The notes: generated by a model from the letters alone, not told the origin. A DNA stretch of 48,417 bases from Octopus sinensis (GCF_006345805.1 NW_021834464.1:1-48417), one strand, 5' to 3'. Numbered from the stretch's first letter, positions 1 through 13,864 are shown. A program made the numbers and translations.

Positions 1-181
1 ATATGTATATGTATATACATATATGCATATAAATACATATACACATGCAGATTCTGCTCACGCACAGATACATACATACACACAATCTCACACACCCATA
101 TACACAAACACACATTCATAAATATATAACGACCGTCCGTAAATTATTGGTGGTATAGAGTGAGAGAGACAGAGGAAGAGG

Positions 182-215
<34 letters not shown>

Positions 216-430
216 GAAAGAAAGAAGGTAAGACAGAAAGCAACGAAGAAAGAAGGAAAGAAATCAAGAAAGGAAGGCAGGAAGGAAGAGACAGATGAAT
301 GTAGAGGCACTGAAGTATTAGGTTGTATGTATCTGTATGTTTTTGTGCGACTGTCAAAATACAGGAAGGAAATTCTTTGAATATCGTAACCGTGGGACGA
401 TGGATAATTCATAACATCCAGGATTATCTT

Positions 431-893
431 TTTCTTCTTCTTCTTCTTCTTCTTCTTCTTCTTCTTCTTCTTCTTCTTCTTCTTCTTCTTCTCTTCTTCT
501 TCTTCTTTTCTTCTTCTTCTTTTTCTTCTTCTTTTCTTCTTCTCTTCTTCTTCTTCTTCTTTGCTTCATCATCATCATCATCCTCATCTTCAACATCATC
601 ATCATAATCATCATCATCATCATCATCATCATTATCATCTTCTTCATCTTCATCATCATCATCATTATCCTCTTCTTCTTCATCATCATCATCCTCATCT
701 TCAACATCATCATCATCATCATCATCATCATCATTATCATCTTCTTCATCTTCATCATCATCATTATTATCCTCTTCTTCTTCATCATCATCCTCATCAT
801 CATCATCATCATCCTCATCATCTTCATCATCAACTTCTTCTTCAGCATCATCATCATCTTCTTCCTCATCTTCTTCATCATCATCACCATCAT
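431..893. repeat. Compound (CTT)n then (CAT)n trinucleotide microsatellite
   Basis: Directly visible; explains the poly-L/M/H ORFs. Confidence 0.95.
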
Positions 894-1518
894 TTTCTCC
901 TTCTTATCCCCTCCTCCACTTCCTACTTCCTCCGCCCATCCACTTCCTTCTTCCTCTTTAAAATAAAATATCTCCCCATCTATTTGTTACTTTTTCACTA
1001 GATCTCCATAGCCATTCATCCTAATATGACGACATATTATACACACAATGACCATAAGGCTTGTTATCCCCGCCCCCTCATAATTCATCTGATAAAGTTC
1101 CCCTCTATTCGTCATGGAATATCCTTTCGGATCGATGTCACAATGCCCTGATTCATGTCCTCAACAAAACTGGTTTAAGTCTTTAGTGAGGGGGAAATAA
1201 TAGCCAAGGCCCTTTACGGGATTTCTTAGACAGCAAAACTTGTGGAAAGATAATTAAAATGACTGCCAAATATATCCATATATATGTATGTACATAACTG
1301 TATATGTATCTATGTATTTTATGAGTGCGTGAACATGGATATATGTGTGTATGTATGTATGTGCGTGTGTGAGTGTGCGTGTGTGTGTGTGTGTGTGTGT
1401 GTTCATATATGCTTTCTTCTTTTCAGTTGTTATTGCTGTGCTTTTGTATTACCCCATAGCCCACGCTCGGTTACGGAAAATCTTGTGTACGAATGACAGT
1501 GTGCATATATACACACAG

Positions 1519-1551
<33 letters not shown>

Positions 1552-1618
1552 TACACATATATATATATATATATATACATAAATGTTTATATATAATATA
1601 TATGTATGTATGTATATA

Positions 1619-1667
<49 letters not shown>

Positions 1668-2199
1668 ATATATGTGTGTGTGTATGCATATATGTAGGTA
1701 TGTATGTATGAATGTATGTATGTATGTATGTATGTGTGTGTGTGTGTACGTGTGTATATGTACGATTTGCTAGTTTCAGTGTTTAGACAGTGGCCATGCA
1801 GGAGCACTGCCTTGAAGAAATTTAATCGAACGTAGGCTGATTTCTTTTCTGCAGATTTATTTTTTTACGAAGATATGACTTCAAAATAATTATCCAGCAG
1901 GGTATCTGGTGCTGATGATCGCTAGGGAGCTTGAAATATATTCATTGGTTCATAACAAGCGACGTCAGATGAATTTGGTTTTATCAGCTGTTCCTTAAAG
2001 CAGCAATTTCCTCTACAGTTAACCACAGTGAGAATGTATAAAAATACAAGCTAATTGCCAACGCACATATTTGTACATACCTTCAAGCTATGTGGTTTCT
2101 AGTTTAATTCCTATGTGCAGTACTTTGAGCGATTCATTTTGTGTGTGCGTGTGTAGTTTATGTGTGTGTGAGTGTGTGCGAGAGCGCATGGCCAAGTGG

Positions 2200-3575
2200 C
2201 TGGGCGTGTTGTAGTGACGATCATGATATTTACTGCTCGCAGTAAAAACGCCACTGCGAACTTCTTAAATGACCCTGAAGCACATGGATCGAAAATATCG
2301 ATCGGCCGGCCCAACGAAAATTTCACCAGTGCTGAGTAGAAGGATTCGGAGGGAAGACAGAAAGGACACTGTTCGACCATCAAACGCAAGTAAGGCAGTT
2401 ACGAACAGGGAATGCAGCTCAAGTATGATAAGACATTTCAGAGAGAGAGAGAGAGAGAGAGGCTTAAAAAATTTTAAGAGACAGCGTCTTCTTTCGCGCC
2501 ACAAAAATTCTCGTTTAGAATTTGCTCAGAATCACCAGAATTGGGGCGTTTTCAGCTGGAAGAAAATTTTATTACATGACGGGAAGAAATTCAACCTTGA
2601 TGGTCCTGATGGTTTCCAACAATATTAGCACGAAAAAGATATTCCGCTGGAAACTTTTCCAACGAGGTACAGTGGTGGAGGCTCTGTCATGATGTGGAAT
2701 GCTTTCTTGTACAGAGAAAATATAGATGGAGTGTCAAACAGTAGATGGTTATATTGGCATTTTGGAATAGGCATCGCACTTGACTGAAGGTCCTCGTTTG
2801 TCTGGAGAAGACTGAATTTATCAACAGGACAATGCTACAATCCATAATGCTTGTAGTCGAGATTATTTCTTCAGAACTAATACCGTAAATCTTTTGAATC
2901 ATCCTCCATGCTCTCCTAACATAAACCCCATGGAGAATTTTTGGGGGTTGATGGAAAGAGACGTTTACAAATATGGAACACAATTTGAGACTGTGGATGC
3001 TCTGCGACATCATTCGCTAAATTCTAGACAACCTCCTACAAACGCTGGCACGCCGGGCGAAGTGATTCGCGGTATTTCGCCCGTCGCTACGTTTTGAGTT
3101 CAAATTCCGCCGAGGTCCACTTTGCGTTTCATCCTTTCGGGGTCGATAAATTAAGTACCAGTTACGCACTGGGTTCGATGTAATCGACTTAATCCGTTTG
3201 TCTGTCCTTGTTTGTCCCCTCTGTGTTTAGCTCTTTGTGGGCAATAAAGGAACATATATTGAGTGTGCCACAACGAAGTTTTGAAGTTAATTGCAGGAAT
3301 GGTGGAGCTACTAAATATCAAGATATTTTGTTTATTATTCATTCGTTGCTTTTGTTTGTTATTTGTTGTGGTCTTAAACTTTTGACCAGGCAAACTATTG
3401 CTGGCTTTCATACAATGCATATTATATGTATTAAATGTGAAATATTTCTTTACTTTCTCGCATATCTTTTTCTATTTGCCAACAATGAATCTATAATGAA
3501 AAATAGCCGAATGTGTCGCTCTCCAAGGAATTCATTCCGGCAGCTTTTTCACTGGTCATAAGGTTTCTCTATCAG
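2200..3575 (+). mobile_element. Degenerate Tc3-like (Tc1/mariner DD34E) transposon, interrupted by a SINE at ~3040-3253
   Basis: Translated fragments WKKILLHDGKKFNLDGPDGFQQY, SGGGSVMMW, QQDNATIH and HPPCSPNINPMENFWG match Tc3-type transposase motifs. The C-terminus (SVPQRSFEV..RNGGATKY) resumes after the SINE. Stops and frameshifts present; ends uncertain. Confidence 0.85.
3040..3253 (+). mobile_element. tRNA-derived SINE family A, 5'-truncated
   Basis: B-box gagttcaaattcc and core tttcatcctttcggggtcgataaattaagtacc; near-identical to 28269-28500 and 33307-33540. Confidence 0.9.
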
Positions 3576-3631
3576 TGTGTGTGTGTGTATATATAATGTA
3601 TGTTTTTGCGTGTATAAATATACATATACAT

Positions 3632-3674
<43 letters not shown>

Positions 3675-3678
3675 TAAG

Positions 3679-3995
3679 ACTCCGCCGGTTACGACGACGA
3701 GGGTCCCAGCTGATACGATCAACGGACAGCTTGCTCGTGAAATTAACGTGTAAATGGCTGAGCATTCCACAGACACGTGTACTCTTAACGTAGTTCTCGG
3801 GGATAATCAGCGTGACACAGAGAGTGACAAGGCTGACCCTTTGAAATACAAGTACAACTCATTTTTGCCAGCTGAGTGGACTGGAGCAACGTGAAATAAA
3901 GTGTCTTGCTCAAGGACACAACGCGTCGCCGGGAATCGAACTCACAACCTTACGATCATGAGCCGAATGCCCTAACCACTAAGCACGCGCCCTCA
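3679..3995 (-). mobile_element. tRNA-derived SINE, head D (CORE-like gtgtccttgagcaagacac) + tail 1
   Basis: Minus strand shows an A-box-like gcttagtggtt and B-box gagttcgattccc; 3' ~170 nt shared with 6232-6601 and 26008-26388. Confidence 0.88.
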
Positions 3996-4006
3996 CATAT
4001 ATATAT

Positions 4007-4064
<58 letters not shown>

Positions 4065-4078
4065 ACCTGTCTCCTTAC

Positions 4079-4115
<37 letters not shown>

Positions 4116-4176
4116 ATATAAATATATATACGTATGTATGGGTATGTATGTGTTTATGTGGTGTATAAATAGATAG

Positions 4177-4241
<65 letters not shown>

Positions 4242-4435
4242 CAGGTAGTCGGTGATAGATTCATACATAAATAAATATACACAAACATATATATATATAT
4301 GTATTTATGTATGTATATGTAGGCATGTATGTATGTATATATGAATGTATATACACATACAACAGTATGCATGTAATTATATGCATGTGCTTGTATTTAC
4401 ACGTGATATTATATAATATATTATATTTAGACACC

Positions 4436-4493
<58 letters not shown>

Positions 4494-5060
4494 ATATACA
4501 GCAGAAAGCGGACAACCTCATCAAAGAAGCTAATAAGAAGTCAAATAAGCTTGGCTCTACATGTCAGGAGTATTGACTGAATGAAAACCCCAAAGACTCT
4601 CGTCCAATGTTTACAAACTCTATGCATTATATAGCACTACCGAAATATTTGCGCAAACGTATTGTGCATGGAGATATACATACACACGTATAAATAAATG
4701 CAAAAATACCTACATACATATAGATGTGTGTGTGTGTGTGTGTGTGTTTGTGTGTGTATTCGCATATACATATATACGTATATGTATATATTTATATATA
4801 TAGAGATCGATAGAGAGATACGTATGCATACGTATTAATATCATTACGTATATACATGTATATATATGTATATATATATGCATATATATATACATATATA
4901 CATATATACATACATATATACGTATATACATATAATGTATGTGTGTATGTGTGTATGTATATTCACATAAGAATGTTTAAGATGTAACGGCGTGTAAATA
5001 AAAGTATGTAGATATGTGTGTATATAAATGTGTATACATATGTACATATATATATATACA

Positions 5061-5101
<41 letters not shown>

Positions 5102-6134
5102 GTATATAAGTACATTTTCTTGATATTTCTTTTCCAGATGCGTCATTATGCATTCATATACACGTACATATGTATGTATACATGTATATATATAAATATA
5201 TACATAAATGTGTGTATATCTATATATATACATACACACATATATACATATATATCATATACAAATATATATCTGAATATCTTCACATACATATCTTTAT
5301 AAATCCATATATATATACACACACAAACACATATATATGTATTTATGTATGTATGTATGTATGTATGTATATATGTATGTATGTATGTATGTATATGTAG
5401 GCATGTATGTATATATATAAACATATATAAACATACATTAATATTTATATATATATATATACACGCATACTCGCATACTCGCATATATGTATGTATGTAT
5501 TTATTTATGTATATATAGACATGCATTAAAACTAAATGCATCTTTCACATTGCACATATGCTTCCAAACTGACTTAATTGATATACAGACACGCTACTTC
5601 GGTTACATTTCACGTCACCTTTCTAACTCCCCACCCGACCACCACAACCACCACCACCACCAACCAAACACCGCCGCCATCGTTCCTTCTTCCCGTTCAT
5701 TCTTTCTTCTTGTTTTTCCATAATTCTTTCTTACCTCTTTGTACCCTCAATAGAATGATAAATCCCGATGCCTTATGCAAAAAAATCTGATTATGCAAAC
5801 CTGTCAATCATTATCTTCTGTGTAAATAGTCTTAAACCAATAGAAATATATACTTGAGTCTGTTTGCAAACATTATTATGAGACTTTCACGCTGTTTCAG
5901 CCAGCGTGCTTGTTTTTCCTTGTTCGCTCTTGCTTTTTATCTTTATCTTTAGGTGGTGAGTTAGTTGGTATTCGCTGTAGAAATTTAGTATTTTATCCTT
6001 CAAAGGTGTCACCCGAGCCAACAAGAGAGCCTATGCGTTGGCTACACCGAGCAGCTACAATATAAATATCAGCCATTTTGTTTGCTTGCCTTCGCTCTTT
6101 GTTTTGTTTTTTTTTGCTTTTATGTTAGTGGGGT

Positions 6135-6662
6135 TACTCATGGTCGTGTGGTTGAGAAGCGCGCATACCGGTTATGTGGTCTTTGGGTTCAATCCCATTG
6201 CATAGCACCCTGAGCTTGTTTTCTACTATAGTGGCATTCTGTCGGTTGCGACGACGAGGGTCCCAGTTGATCCGATCAACGGAACATCCTGCTCGTGAAA
6301 TTAACGTGCAAGTGGCTGAGCACGCCACAGACACGTGTACCTTTAACGTAGCTCCCGTGGGGAGATGCAGCATGACACAGAGTGTGACGAGGATGGCCTC
6401 TTTGAAATACAGGTACAACAGAAACAAGAAGAAAATGTGAAAGAAAGCTGTGGTGAAAGAGTACAGCAGAGTTCGCCACCACTCCCTGCCGGAGCCTCGT
6501 GGAACTTTAGGTGTTTTCGCTCAATAAACACTCACGACGCTCGGTCTGGGAATCGAAACCACGAGTCCGCTGCTCTAACCACTGGGCCATTGCGCATCCA
6601 CTTTCTACTGTAGTTCTAGTTTGACCAATATCTTGTGAGTGAATTCGGTACATAGAAACTGT
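6135..6662 (+). mobile_element. Old SINE family B head split by a younger SINE insertion
   Basis: 6135-6231 and 6602-6662 are collinear with family B (cf. 13678-13822). Confidence 0.75.
6232..6601 (-). mobile_element. tRNA-derived SINE, head C + tail 1, with 12-bp TSD
   Basis: Reverse complement of 26008-26388; flanks tttctactatag (6220-6231) and tttctactgtag (6602-6613). Confidence 0.9.
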
Positions 6663-7320
6663 GTTTAATTCTGTCGAACATATATATTGCAATGACCTGT
6701 AGTAGTTACAGTATATACAAAGTTAGCATTTGAAGTGCGATGGGGCACTTATGTATTGAGGGTACTGCTCTATTCCCTCTCCTATCAGACAGTGAAGAAG
6801 TTCTAAAGGCGTATAGATCCCTCCGAATGCGATACCAGACCTGTCGTATTTACCCAGTAATGTAGGTAACAAAACTGCTATATAACAGCAAAAACTCTGG
6901 CTTAGGATTTGCCACTCTGGGCCAGATGTTTCTATCATTCTCAATACTCGTTCTTAGTGCCCCACTTGTTTTCTCTCTTGCTTCTTTGGTGGTTTCTGGC
7001 AATGTTCAGCAACATTCTTTGTTCTATCTTTTGCATCGCAGTCATGTCTGTGTTTCCAAGAAATTTACTTAGTAATCACTACGTAGTTATTTGAAGTGTC
7101 TTGCATCGTCTGAAAGTATCTTCTACTATAGGTATAAATGGATCCACGGCTTGGGCAGATGTAAAGTGTGCAAGATCCCTTCTGTTAGCTTGTGCTTGTT
7201 TTAGCTACATTGTAAGCAGTCGCCTGAGCAAAGGCAGTGTGAACCTCGGTTTAGTGAATAAACAAAATCTCAAACCCTGAATATTATGTTCTACATTACT
7301 GAAAAGTTAAGGACAATTTC

Positions 7321-7362
<42 letters not shown>

Positions 7363-7363
<1 letters not shown>

Positions 7364-7630
7364 CACCTTGATCACCTTGACCGACCAGTTCGTCGGGCTT
7401 CCATTTGACACCACTGGTCACAGCACGCTGTCCACTCCTCTCTGGTTCGCGCCTTCCTCATCCACGTGGTCCAATCACCCTCCTGAAATCGTAACTCAAC
7501 CGTCGTGGAGGCCTTCCGAGTGGTCGGTTCCGCAAGCGCGGGTACGACTCGACGACTGCGCGGGTCCACCGATTATCCGTGAGCCGGGCGACGTGTCCAG
7601 CCCATCTAAACTTGCTACGTGTACCTTCTA
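7363..7630 (-). mobile_element. 5'-truncated RTE-clade LINE 3' end
   Basis: Minus translation SKFRWAGHVARLTDNRWTRAVVESYPRLRNRPLGRPPRR is the RTE C-terminal signature; tail (tcaaggtga)2; (TA)n on both flanks. Confidence 0.85.
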
Positions 7631-7647
7631 CGATATATATATATATG

Positions 7648-8130
7648 TAGTGGATAGAATGGAAAAAGTTCAGATCAGGTAGACTACGATTAACACATAC
7701 ATATACGGGTTTAGTTAAGATGAACTAAAGATTATCCAAACTGAAATGTATACTGATATATTAGAGATATAAAAATATCTATAATATTAAAATATAGATG
7801 GACATATAGGTATATAGATATATAAACATACTAATAATAGAAAATAGATGAAAATAACAGTGGAATATTGATAAAAAAAAACGTTCAGAAAAATTTAGAA
7901 TATGGTATAGTAAAAGGCATTAAAAAGTGTTTTGGGTTACATGTTAGAAGAAACTGAGTGTTCCGACGACCGTTTCTGGGGTTCATTCGTCCGAATTACA
8001 GATGAACCTTAAGATTCATTCCCAGAGAATGCTCCCTTTATCAGGGAAAAAAAGAAAAATAGGGCATGTATGTATATGTATGTGTTAATTATTGTCTGCC
8101 TGATTTGAAATTTTTCCATTCTATCCACTA
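7648..8130 (-). mobile_element. Non-coding element with 37-bp inverted ends and an internal degenerate hammerhead (PLE-terminal-repeat-like)
   Basis: 7648-7684 and 8094-8130 are inverted (34/37); HHR-like motif at 7961-8048. Confidence 0.65.
7961..8048 (-). ncRNA. Degenerate type I hammerhead ribozyme with branched stem II
   Basis: Minus strand: uucc CUGAUAA aggg ... cccca GAAA cgguc GUC ggaa. Stem I uucc/ggaa; G8>A breaks the C3-G8 pair. Confidence 0.6.
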
Positions 8131-8216
8131 TTCCACTATACATATCTAACGCCTGAACTTCGACTTGAGCACTTCTAGGCTATTTATGTATTTCGTAGGC
8201 AAATTATATATATATG

Positions 8217-8248
<32 letters not shown>

Positions 8249-8984
8249 ATATTAGATTAGCTGTACTAATCCGTTGGCAAGAGGTAATACCAACTAGCAC
8301 GTAAGTAACTAAGAAGGTGAGTCCGTTCTGTTATAAATAATTTTATCAGTTTTCCTATTTGAGGATAAAAGTATGTCGTCGTGAATTCTTCTTTCTTATT
8401 TCCTTTGCTAATCTTGGAGGGTTGCTTGAGGTCCTGAAAATTAATCTTCTTCTGAGCAGAAGTAATCCGATGTAAATTGCTCGTTTCTACCAACTGACCG
8501 CCTCTTAAGTAATTGTGCAGAGTCCGTTTTGTCACAAACATTTTCCGATGTCAGGACAATCAATATCTCGGGATCCCTTTTCCCTTATTTGCTCCGTTGG
8601 TGTAGGAGCCCTGCAAGAATTCAGACTTTACCATTCATTCTTTAATTAAACCAGATAAACATTTGGCTCAACAAACAAACCAAAGTAATTGATAATTGTT
8701 GACTGGACTTACACTTTGTTGACATAAAATTATCAACCATTCACCATTGTGTTTTGATTAGGCTAGCTTTTTCTGTGTTGATTTTTGCTGTTTCGACTCC
8801 TTTCGCCCATGACCGAACACTTCAAATGCATTATCGCCTGCCCATACACTGGTGATAACGATCACGATATTAACGACTCCCTTTTATATTGTGACGTTAT
8901 TTCAGGTAGTTTAGATCGCCATTTCTAATAAACCAAGCAAACGGATCCGACTTTCTGATTTGGTCGAGTATTCTAGAATATTGT

Positions 8985-9216
8985 CTTTTAACTTTTACAT
9001 GTTTCAGTCATTGAACTGCAGCTGTCCTTGAGTAAAGCCTTAAAAGATTTAGTCGGACCAGTTTCTTTTACCGAATTTCTGAGTCATAGTGACGTAAACA
9101 AAACAACACCGGTCGCGAATCGGTCGGTGGTGGAGATAAGCAGGCATATACACACACACATATGTGTGTGTGCGTGTGCGTGTGTGGTGAGTATAAACAG
9201 GCATACACACGCACAT

Positions 9217-9253
<37 letters not shown>

Positions 9254-9452
9254 GGGGTCTGTATGTGTGTATTGATATGTATGTATATAAACAAAGAAAT
9301 TTCACAGTCTTTTCCTCTCAGATTCTCTATCAAGACATGGCTTGGCCCGGGGCTCCACTAGAAGGCACTTGTCCAAGATGCCACGCATTGGGACCGAACC
9401 CGAATCTATGTGATCACAAAGAGAGCTTTTCAATATACAGTCCTGCCTGCAT
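8985..9452 (-). mobile_element. SINE family B, diverged, with internal (CA)/(TG) microsatellite
   Basis: Both halves align to 26720-27139. Confidence 0.75.
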
Positions 9453-9944
9453 CTAATTATCTCATGTTACTTCTTTAAATAAACATAATTTTATAAATTT
9501 CTCTCAGTCGATTTGATACTTTTTCCTTGCTACATATGTTTCACCTAAGGGAGTACAGTGTTATTATACGTTAGCACAGTTGCTGTAAAACCATGCAAAC
9601 ATTGTACCTTCGGGAATAACTGAAAATATTTCAGACAACAGCCATGTTGCTCTTGCGATGTTTTAGGTGTGGCGTGCTCTGTATTGTAAGATGTAAAGTT
9701 TTTGTAGGTCGAGTTTCTATCAAACTGTTCTTTCTGAAAAACCATTTCATTTAAGAAAGAGCAGTTGAATGCTAAAGCTTGTTAGTTATCGCTTCCCTTC
9801 GTCTATATACGGTGACTGAATAAATAACGGGAAGGCCACTCTTTGAATGCGTTTCGTCTTGCTTTAAGTTTACTTGTTTTAAGTGTTAGCCTGGCGGTAA
9901 ACAAGAAAAACAACATTAACAACAGCAACAACAACTATATGTAC

Positions 9945-10200
9945 TATCTTTCATCTTCAATTTCAACCACTAGACTGCGACCATGCTGGAGTACCACCTT
10001 CAGGAGATTTTAGCCGAACTAATTGTAATCAGTAATTTTAGTCGAATGAATCGATTGCAGTACATTTTTTTAATTATATATAAACCTTGTACTTATTCTA
10101 TCGGTGTCTTTTGCCGAACTGCTATACAACGGAGACGTAGACAAACTAAGAGCGGTTGCCAAATGGTGGTGGGAGACAAACACCGATACAAAGACACGCT
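9945..10200 (-). mobile_element. SINE family B 3' half
   Basis: gactgcgaccatgctggagtaccacc...cttttgccgaac...gacaaacac. Confidence 0.75.
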
Positions 10201-10265
10201 CATATATATGTGCGTGTGTGTATGTGTGTGTGTGTGTGTGGTGTGTGTGTGTGTATGCATGCATG

Positions 10266-10299
<34 letters not shown>

Positions 10300-10775
10300 T
10301 GTATATACACGCAGAAAATTAAGGATAAAACCACTTTAATGATTTTATCAAGTGGCCAGTATTTAATAAAACCATACAGGTAACAATTTATCCTAATATA
10401 TAATTATATAATGTAATCATATTAAAGGGTGCGGATAAAGCCCACCGTCACGCTAGAAACAGATGCCAAATGGCTCTAAAAACTACATCTGCACTATGAA
10501 TAAATGAATGAGCTCTTTTCAATGGTTAATTGTAGATCGATTTCTGGCTAAGGATTGCAAAACGACATAAATCCGCAACACCATATACATACGTTTACAT
10601 GTATACACTAGTTGAATCTAATTCTTTCATCTCAACCACGTGTTTACGCAGCCGAAAACACGCCAACATTGTTTTTCAAGCGATGGTGCTGGGGGGGGGA
10701 ACAAACACAGACTCACACACACAAACTCACACACACACACACACACATATACATACATATATATATGTGTATGTA

Positions 10776-10808
<33 letters not shown>

Positions 10809-11269
10809 ATACATGAGTTTATACATACATTCATAAATATATATATGTATATACGCTTATAAAATATATATATTATATATTGCATGTACACAGACACGTG
10901 CTCCTGGGCGCACACTCACACACACATATACAGACACACATTCATAAAGATCGAATGAGTATAAGCAATTAAAAAAAAGAACTGAAAAAAATACTATGCA
11001 TTTCAAGCGAACAACAACTAAAATAGTTAACAGAAACCAAATTTCTTCTAATGAACCTCCATATAAATTCTCCACAGATCTTCAGCGTTGTATCTTTATA
11101 ACTAAATATAAGCAGCGACACAGACAAATTATAAATATCATTGAGACACACTTTCCTACAGTGTGACGAACGAAGTGTTAATTGTGCCTCTCCTTGGAGT
11201 ATATTCTTAATGCAAATATTTTACGTTCGCATAAGATACAAATTGTATTTATGTATATGCATGCGTGTA

Positions 11270-12501
11270 TTATGTCAAGTATGAAATTTGTAGCAAGGTG
11301 TATGGTAAACTTTGACAGCTGCTCATTTTGCGCCATTATTATATTTTGACAATCTTTATATTTTTGTTAGAAAGCTAGCACATATTTTTCTCTATTCTAA
11401 CTGATATTGCGCTTTATAAAGTATTGCTGTTTTTGTTTAGAAATGGATAAGTCGGAAATTCGTACAGTTTTGAAACATGAGTTCTTTCTTGGAAATACTG
11501 CATCACGGACATCTCGGAATGTTAATGAGGTATTTCAGTTTAATGTTATTACACACCAGACAGTGTCAAATTGGTTTGCAAAATCTTGTTCTGGTACCTT
11601 TGACCTCACAAATGAGCTACGCGGTCGACCAGAAATAAAGGTGGATAATGACGAACTGAAAGCCAGCGTCGAATCAGATCCATCTCAAAGTTCCCGTGAA
11701 TTATCGTTGACTCACCTAGTTCAAATCGGTAAAGTGAAAAATTTGGATAAGTGGGTTCCACATGAACTCAATGAAAATCAGAAACAGCAATGTTTGGAAG
11801 CCTACATTATGCTACTTTCTCGTCACAAAAGTGAATCATTTTTTAATCGAATTGCAACATATGATAAGAAATGGATCCAATACAACAACTGTAAACGTTC
11901 AGCACAATGGTTGGACAGAAATGAGCCACCAAAGCACAATCGAAAAAGCAAAATTCATTAAAAAAACTGATGATGTGTTTGGTGGTCTGTCGCAGGTGTG
12001 ATCCATTATGATTTCATTAAACCTGGCTCATCAATCACGACCGAAGTATACTGCAACCAACTGGACCAAATGATGCAGAAACTTACAAAATAACAGCCTA
12101 GATTAGTCAACAGATCCACTCGTATTTTATTGCAAGACAACGCCAGACAAGACATCGGAAAAATGACATTGGCGAAACTACAGGAGTCAGAGTTGGAAGT
12201 TCTCCATCATTCACCATACTCACCTGGTCTTGCCCCCCACTGACTACCACTTCTTCCAGAATTTAGATAAGTTTTTGGTAGGAAAAAAAATTCCGACGAT
12301 GCTTTAAAACAGGCCTTCCAAGATTTTATTGACTCAAGATTTCCAAACTTTTACAGTTCTGGGCTGGACAAGCTACTGCTGAAGTAGCAAAAGTGTATTG
12401 ACAATATGGATGCATACATTGATGAATAAAACTATACCTTGTATTTATAAAACATTGGCAAACTTTTTTCTTTTCTACAAATTTCATACTTGACAACTTA
12501 A
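11270..12501 (+). mobile_element. Near-complete mariner (DD34D) transposon with TIRs and TA flanks; transposase pseudogene ~11443-12429
   Basis: TIRs tgtcaagtatgaaatttgtag / ctacaaatttcatacttgaca. Motifs WVPHEL, TYDKKW, LLQDNAR, PYSPGLAP and DYHFF. Internal stops and a short deletion. Confidence 0.95.
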
Positions 12502-12833
12502 TATATACATACATATATAAATATATATTAGTAATGATGAAAAATTCGCTAAAACTTTGTAATGGAGTATCCTGTATGCTGAAAATCTATATGGTGGTAT
12601 CTTCCGAGGAGAGCGGTTTATTTCAAATTGATGTAATGTTTGCATTAGTCGATTAAACGGAGCCACTTGAAACGGCCGTAATGCACTGATACCTGGACAT
12701 CCTTGTTAGTTGCTTGCTTTTTAGTCACCTTATTTCAAGCTGTGCAGATAATACCGGACTGACTTGGTGCCTCAACTTAAGTACCTAATTCAACTGAATT
12801 TTAATTATTTCTGTATATATATATATATAATAT

Positions 12834-12877
<44 letters not shown>

Positions 12878-12959
12878 ATATATATTATTTCCACTTCCAC
12901 CATGACATATCTTTATTATAGTCACACTGCTTTCTGCGCACGCATGCTTATAGTTGGTA

Positions 12960-13310
12960 CTGTTGTGGTCAAATGATCGAAGTTTGACCCTGATCGAACT
13001 ATTTTTCTTTCTGGCTTTACAGTGGTAAGCATGGCCGCTCCGATGTGCGCCAAAGTATATATATTTTTTCCATACAGTCCCACAAAACAATGTCTGACCG
13101 ATTGTGTTTTAACTAAGTAGGTATTTTAATTTCTAGTTCCATCAAAATTATTTTGGTCCATCTGTCCCAAAATAGTCAGCTTCGTCAGTTGATGTTTTCT
13201 TTTTTGTTATCCTATTCCAGTCTGTTCTGGCCACTGCGCCATGCCTCGTTGGATGAGAATATCTTAAAGACATTATCTCCGGCAATAAACATGTCTAAGC
13301 ACCTATCTTG
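12960..13310 (-). mobile_element. Degenerate RLE-type (R4/NeSL-like) non-LTR retrotransposon fragment
   Basis: Minus translation fragments MSLRYSHPTRHGAVA (RH motif) and LKHNRSDIVLWD (PD motif of the restriction-like endonuclease). Confidence 0.6.
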
Positions 13311-13677
13311 AGAAATAAGGATTCTCGAAACCAGAGAGGAGAAGGCTAATTAGATGACAGATTTGAGCAATCAACGGGGTTACAAAATATTTGTAAAATT
13401 TTCCAGAAGTTTAGTATTTAGGTATATATGCAAATGTCTAGACATGCAATTATATGCATGAGAATACATGCATAAAACAAAACATAGAAGTCTGCACATG
13501 CACCAACACCAAATACTGCACATATATAGACAAGCATGCACAAATACCCTGTTGATGTTGTTGAAATTCCATTGAAGGAACATTGGATCTAAGTTAGAAA
13601 CCAGCTCTTTCTCTATTGACAAGAAATCTTGACATAAAACTGAACAATGACATACGTACATACTTACATACATACAT

Positions 13678-13821
13678 AGGCACAGGAGTGGCTTACCAAC
13701 TACATGGTTCAGGGTTCAGTCCCACTGCGTGGCACCTTGGGCATGTGTCTTCTACTATAGCCTCGGGCCGAACAAAATTTTGTGAGTGGATTTGGTAGAC
13801 TGAAACTGAAAGGAGCGCTTC

Positions 13822-13864
<43 letters not shown>

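Noticed and set aside
313-332. let-7-like tgaagtattaggttgtatgt
   Set aside because: Seed mismatches and no precursor hairpin
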